NCBI GenBank assembly: GCA_963840695.1
Contig: CAWIZW010000012.1
Location: 86,010 to 150,009, forward strand
Direction of reading: 5' to 3'
Length of the DNA: 64,000 nt
Source: an uncultured Acidimicrobiia bacterium
GTDB taxonomy: Bacteria > Actinomycetota > Acidimicrobiia > Acidimicrobiales > JACDCH01
The notes under the pieces were generated by a model that saw nothing but the letters and a program-made list of their open reading frames with translations, was not told the origin of the DNA and made no database searches. The position numbers and the translations under genes were made by a program. Shown here piece by piece: positions 61,096-64,000 of this stretch; the stretch's first letter is position 1; the number at the start of each line of letters is the position of its first letter.

Positions 61096-61455
61096 GTGAG
61101 TGATGTGGCCAGCTATCGCGTGAACCGCCGCGCCGTGTCCCACGCTCGCAAGCTCATCGATGCCGGCAAGTACGTCGGAGACAGTGACTGGGGAGCAGCG
61201 CAGCCCAAAGCCGATGACGAGAACGCCTTCCTGGACAGGCATTCCTGGGGCGACTACGCGCTCTGGCACCTCGGGTTGACCGAAGGCGCCAACGACGAAA
61301 CCAAGGCCCGCCACGCGTTCGTCTTCGGCGACTTCAAGCGAGTGCATCGCTCCGGCCTGATCGCCTGCGTCTACCGAGCGGCCGAGTGGCGCCACAAGGA
61401 GGTCGAACGGGCGGCGTACCGGCTGCTGCAGCACCTGGACAAGGTGGCCGGCTGA
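61096..61455 (+). CDS. Hypothetical protein (119 aa)
   Basis: ORF track, intact, protein-like (…HARKLIDAGKYVGDSDWGAAQPKADDENAFLDRHSWGDYALWHLGLTEG…). I recognise no family. Confidence 0.5.
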   Translation: MSDVASYRVNRRAVSHARKLIDAGKYVGDSDWGAAQPKADDENAFLDRHSWGDYALWHLGLTEGANDETKARHAFVFGDFKRVHRSGLIACVYRAAEWRHKEVERAAYRLLQHLDKVAG

Positions 61456-61456
61456 A

Positions 61457-61828
61457 TCACCGTCCCCCGGCTCGGAGGCGGCGGAGCTCCATCGTGGCGA
61501 CCAGCGCCACCGCGCCGAGGCTGACGCCGGCGACGAGGGTGCTCCACCAGTGCTCGGGCACCTCGACCAGACCCCGTTCGAGGTCGTTCAGCGAGAAGCC
61601 GAAGACGACGAGCGCCAGTCCCGCCGAGATGAGGGCGACGACTCGAGCCACATCACGTTGCATGATCTCCTCCAAGTGCGCGCTCAGGGCGTGTCGAAGG
61701 ACGTTGGCCGCATCGCGAGCCGGACGGTCCGAGGCCTCGAGCAGGCGACGGATCTCGTCGCCGTACCGGTCACGGATGGCAGCCGGGTACCACGCCACGA
61801 GGTGGCGGACGACGCGACTCAAGTCCAT
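61457..61828 (-). CDS. Membrane protein downstream of padR (2 TM helices)
   Basis: ATG 61828 lies within ORF 61457..62242: MDLSRVVRHLVAWYPAAIRDRYGDEIRRLLEASDRPARDAANVLRH...VARVVALISAGLALVVFGFSL...WWSTLVAGVSLGAVALVATM. It overlaps the padR stop by 10 nt. Confidence 0.6.
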   Translation of the reverse strand: MDLSRVVRHLVAWYPAAIRDRYGDEIRRLLEASDRPARDAANVLRHALSAHLEEIMQRDVARVVALISAGLALVVFGFSLNDLERGLVEVPEHWWSTLVAGVSLGAVALVATMELRRLRAGGR

Positions 61829-62106
61829 CGCACCGACCTCCGTCCGCGTTCCACGAGCCGATCGAGTCTGGCCACCTCGGCGGCGACAGCGCGACGACCG
61901 CTGCTGGTGATCCGATACGGGCGCCGCCGATCGTCCTGGGGCAGCGCTTCGATGAGGCCGGCCTGCTCGAGCCGTCGGATCGCGCCGTACAACGTGCCCG
62001 GGCCCAGCCGCTCGTCGGCAAAGCCCTCGATGTCTTGCTGGATGCCGTACCCGTGCTTGTCGCCGTCGGCCAGGCTGAGCAGGACCAGGAGGGGCGGGTC
62101 GTTCAC
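61819..62106 (-). CDS. PadR-family transcriptional regulator
   Basis: ORF track, 95 aa: LLVLLSLADGDKHGYGIQQDIEGFADERLGPGTLYGAIRRLEQAGLIEALPQDDRRRPYRITSSGRRAV. Confidence 0.85.
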   Translation of the reverse strand: MNDPPLLVLLSLADGDKHGYGIQQDIEGFADERLGPGTLYGAIRRLEQAGLIEALPQDDRRRPYRITSSGRRAVAAEVARLDRLVERGRRSVRWT

Positions 62107-62116
62107 GCGCGCGCCA

Positions 62117-62141
62117 CACTACTACGTCGTACGTAGTAGTG
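62117..62141. promoter_or_regulatory. Perfect 11-bp inverted repeat, cactactacgt-cgt-acgtagtagtg: candidate PadR operator
   Basis: Seen in sequence. It is an AT-rich island in a GC-rich context, 10 nt upstream of the padR start, and it overlaps the ORF-track start of the divergent NTF2-like gene. Confidence 0.55.
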
Positions 62142-62564
62142 GTCGAGCGCCCAGCGGAGCCCGTCCGGATCGAGCAACCTGGGTTGGTGGATGACGACGA
62201 GCGGCTGGCGCTGTTGCGACGGCACTGGGAGTTCGCCGCCACGGATCAGGACATCACCCACGAGATCTACCACGACGATGCGGTGCTCGAGTTCCCCCAG
62301 TCGGGCGAGCGCTTCGAGGGCGTTGAGAACTTCCGAGAGTGGCGTCGGGTCTATCCGACCGCTCTGGCGTTCGAGATGCGTCGGGTGCAGGGCCAAGGGG
62401 ATCTGTGGATCGTCGAGAACTCGATCAAGTACGGCGACGGCGAGTGGCAGCCGACGGTGAACATCCTCGAGTTCCGCGGCGACAAGGTCGCCCGCGAGAC
62501 GATCTACATCACCGAACCGTGGTCGCCGCCGGCGTGGCGCGCGCCGTGGCGAAGCGCGCCATAG
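62139..62564 (+). CDS. NTF2-like (SnoaL/ketosteroid-isomerase-like) family protein
   Basis: ORF track, 141 aa: ...LLRRHWEFAATDQDITHEIYHDDAVLEFPQSGERFEGVENFREWRRVYP...LWIVENSIKYGDGEWQPTVNILEFRGDKVARETIYITEPW. The true start is probably the internal GTG (~62184), because 62139 lies inside the palindrome. Confidence 0.75.
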   Translation: MVERPAEPVRIEQPGLVDDDERLALLRRHWEFAATDQDITHEIYHDDAVLEFPQSGERFEGVENFREWRRVYPTALAFEMRRVQGQGDLWIVENSIKYGDGEWQPTVNILEFRGDKVARETIYITEPWSPPAWRAPWRSAP

Positions 62565-62594
62565 CCGGCGTTCGGCCGCGCGACGCTGTTGCGC

Positions 62595-62738
62595 ATGATC
62601 GAACCCGAGGGAGATCCGGCCTGCTGGCTCGACCGGATCTGCGAGGAGTGCGGCGGGATCCTGGCGGCCGGTCAGGAACATCGCTGCGACGATCGACGCC
62701 CACGCGAGGCGGCGGCGGATCGGGAGTCCGACACCTGA
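62595..62738 (+). CDS. Small Cys-rich ORF (47 aa), below the ORF-track size cut-off
   Basis: Own translation: MIEPEGDPACWLDRICEECGGILAAGQEHRCDDRRPREAAADRESDT. It has a CxxxxxCxxC...C pattern, and its stop lies 5 nt before the next ATG. This is a weak call. Confidence 0.35.
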   Translation: MIEPEGDPACWLDRICEECGGILAAGQEHRCDDRRPREAAADRESDT

Positions 62739-62743
62739 GCGCG

Positions 62744-63622
62744 ATGCGTCGATTCGGTCGGGCCTCCACTTGGGCGCTCATGGCGGCGCTGGCGGTGGGT
62801 TGCGGCGACTCGGCCGACACGACGTCGGCTTCACCATCGCCGACAGCGCCGGCCGACACCGCGGCGGTCGAAACACCGGAGCCCGTCGGCGGCCTCCTCG
62901 CCACGATCGGGACCAACCGGCTCTACGCGCTCGACCGCGGGTTCGGGCTCGGGCTCCAGAACGTCGGCGACGAGACGGTCGCCGTTCGCGAGCTGCAGCT
63001 CGACTCGCCCCTGTTCGAGACGGTCCCGCTCGCCGCCGAGCAGGTCCAGCTCGAGCCGGGTGGCCGGCGGTTCGTGCTGCCCGTCCCGTACGGCGAGGCC
63101 CGCTGCGACGGCGAGCCCGCCGAGACCTTCGCCGCCGTGGTCGTCCTCGACGACGGCGAAGAGCTGCGGCTGCCGGTGGTCGAGGAGTACCCCGGTGCCA
63201 TCGGCCGAGTCCACCGGCGCGAGTGCGCGGCCGCGGATCTGCGCGAGCGGGTCGACATCCGGTTCGGCGACCGGTGGATCAGGCACGGCGACGCCGTCAG
63301 CGGCGAGCTCATCCTCGAGCAACTCCGTCCGGGCGACCCGGTCGCCGTGGAGGACGCCAGGGGCAGCGTGATATTCACCATCAGGGTCGACGACGCCGAG
63401 CCGCCGATCCTGCGGGTGACCGACGAGGAGCCGATGGCGAGCGTGCCGATCACGATCAGCGCCGACCGCTGCGATCCTCACGCGCTGGCCGAGAGCAAGC
63501 GGACGTTCATGTTCCTCACGTGGGTGACCGTCGGGGAGGCGGAATCCGTGCCGTTGGACCTGGAGCCGATGGGCGCCGCCCGCACCGCCCTGGAGGACGT
63601 GTTCGCCACCTGCGTCGACTGA
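62744..63622 (+). CDS. Lipoprotein, hypothetical
   Basis: ATG 62744 lies within ORF 62339..63622: MRRFGRASTWALMAALAVGCGDSADTT... (signal peptide plus LAVGC lipobox), followed by a 270-aa protein-like domain. Confidence 0.65.
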   Translation: MRRFGRASTWALMAALAVGCGDSADTTSASPSPTAPADTAAVETPEPVGGLLATIGTNRLYALDRGFGLGLQNVGDETVAVRELQLDSPLFETVPLAAEQVQLEPGGRRFVLPVPYGEARCDGEPAETFAAVVVLDDGEELRLPVVEEYPGAIGRVHRRECAAADLRERVDIRFGDRWIRHGDAVSGELILEQLRPGDPVAVEDARGSVIFTIRVDDAEPPILRVTDEEPMASVPITISADRCDPHALAESKRTFMFLTWVTVGEAESVPLDLEPMGAARTALEDVFATCVD

Positions 63623-63724
63623 GCGAGCGCCTCTCCGGGCATCGCGCGAGTCGGTCTCGAGCACTCAGTCGACGACGCCCGGCGTGCCTAGGCTGCGACG
63701 ACTTCGAGCCAGGGGGTGGCTGCG

Positions 63725-64000
63725 ATGTTGCGGACACAGCTGTGCGAGCTCATCGGGATCGACGTACCGGTGATCCAGGCCGGGATGAGCGTCTACACGT
63801 CGCCCGAGCTGGCGGCCGCGGTGTCGGAGGCCGGCGCGCTCGGTTCGCTCGGCGTCTGGCAACGGTCCCCCGATCAGCTCCGGGCCGCCCTCGACGAGCT
63901 GCGCGAGCGCACGGACCGGCCGTTCGCGCTGAACCACGTGGTGCCGGATCTCGACGAGGAGGCCTTCGCGACTTCGCTCGCGGCGCGACCGGCCGTCGTG
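63725..64000 (+). CDS. Nitronate monooxygenase (NMO family), 5' part only; continues beyond the window
   Basis: Own translation from ATG 63725: MLRTQLCELIGIDVPVIQAGMSVYTSPELAAAVSEAGALGSLGVWQRSPDQLRAALDELRERTDRPFALNHVVPDLDEEAF... It is a paralogue of the gene at 1..1060. Confidence 0.8.
   Translation, partial: MLRTQLCELIGIDVPVIQAGMSVYTSPELAAAVSEAGALGSLGVWQRSPDQLRAALDELRERTDRPFALNHVVPDLDEEAFATSLAARPAVV

Overview
A 64-kb stretch of a very GC-rich (about 70% by eye) Actinomycetota-type chromosome. I resolve about 80 protein-coding loci. I recognised no rRNA, intact tRNA, CRISPR array, transposase or integrase.

Layout:
- 0-41.6 kb: dense acyl-CoA / steroid-ring-type catabolic genes. These include an enoyl-CoA hydratase + ipdA/ipdB-like CoA-transferase, an acyl-CoA dehydrogenase + SDR, NMO, three thiolase/DUF35 pairs, four amidohydrolase_2 paralogues, acyl-CoA ligases, an NDP-forming acyl-CoA synthetase, a P450, CoA-transferase III and MaoC-type dehydratase. 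Two TetR genes, pyruvate kinase and a PAS histidine kinase are interspersed.
- 41.6-64 kb: mixed accessory genes. These include 2OG oxygenases, PaaI thioesterase, an ankyrin + SET pair, a DUF222 HNH endonuclease, an AraC-VOC-UvrA-like-methyltransferase group, PadR, small hypotheticals and gene remnants.

Three sequence-level signals stand out:
1. A CTGAC-N5/6-GTCAG palindrome occurs at ten 5' gene ends, only in the catabolic part, including directly upstream of a TetR gene. It is a candidate operator of an undescribed regulon.
2. Dozens of apparent single-base indels and one in-frame TAG are clustered in blocks. Intervening blocks of up to 9 kb are completely clean. This points to uneven consensus quality rather than biology, although block-wise gene decay cannot be excluded from sequence alone.
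3. A structured intergenic repeat family sits at 8.4, 9.4 and 13.8 kb.

All protein calls come from reading the supplied ORF translations, plus my own translation where the track has no entry, against remembered family hallmarks. No searches were run. Frameshift positions are approximate (+/-10 nt) and lesion counts are by eye. Loci whose frame is broken as sequenced are typed pseudogene, but they may be intact genes in the organism.
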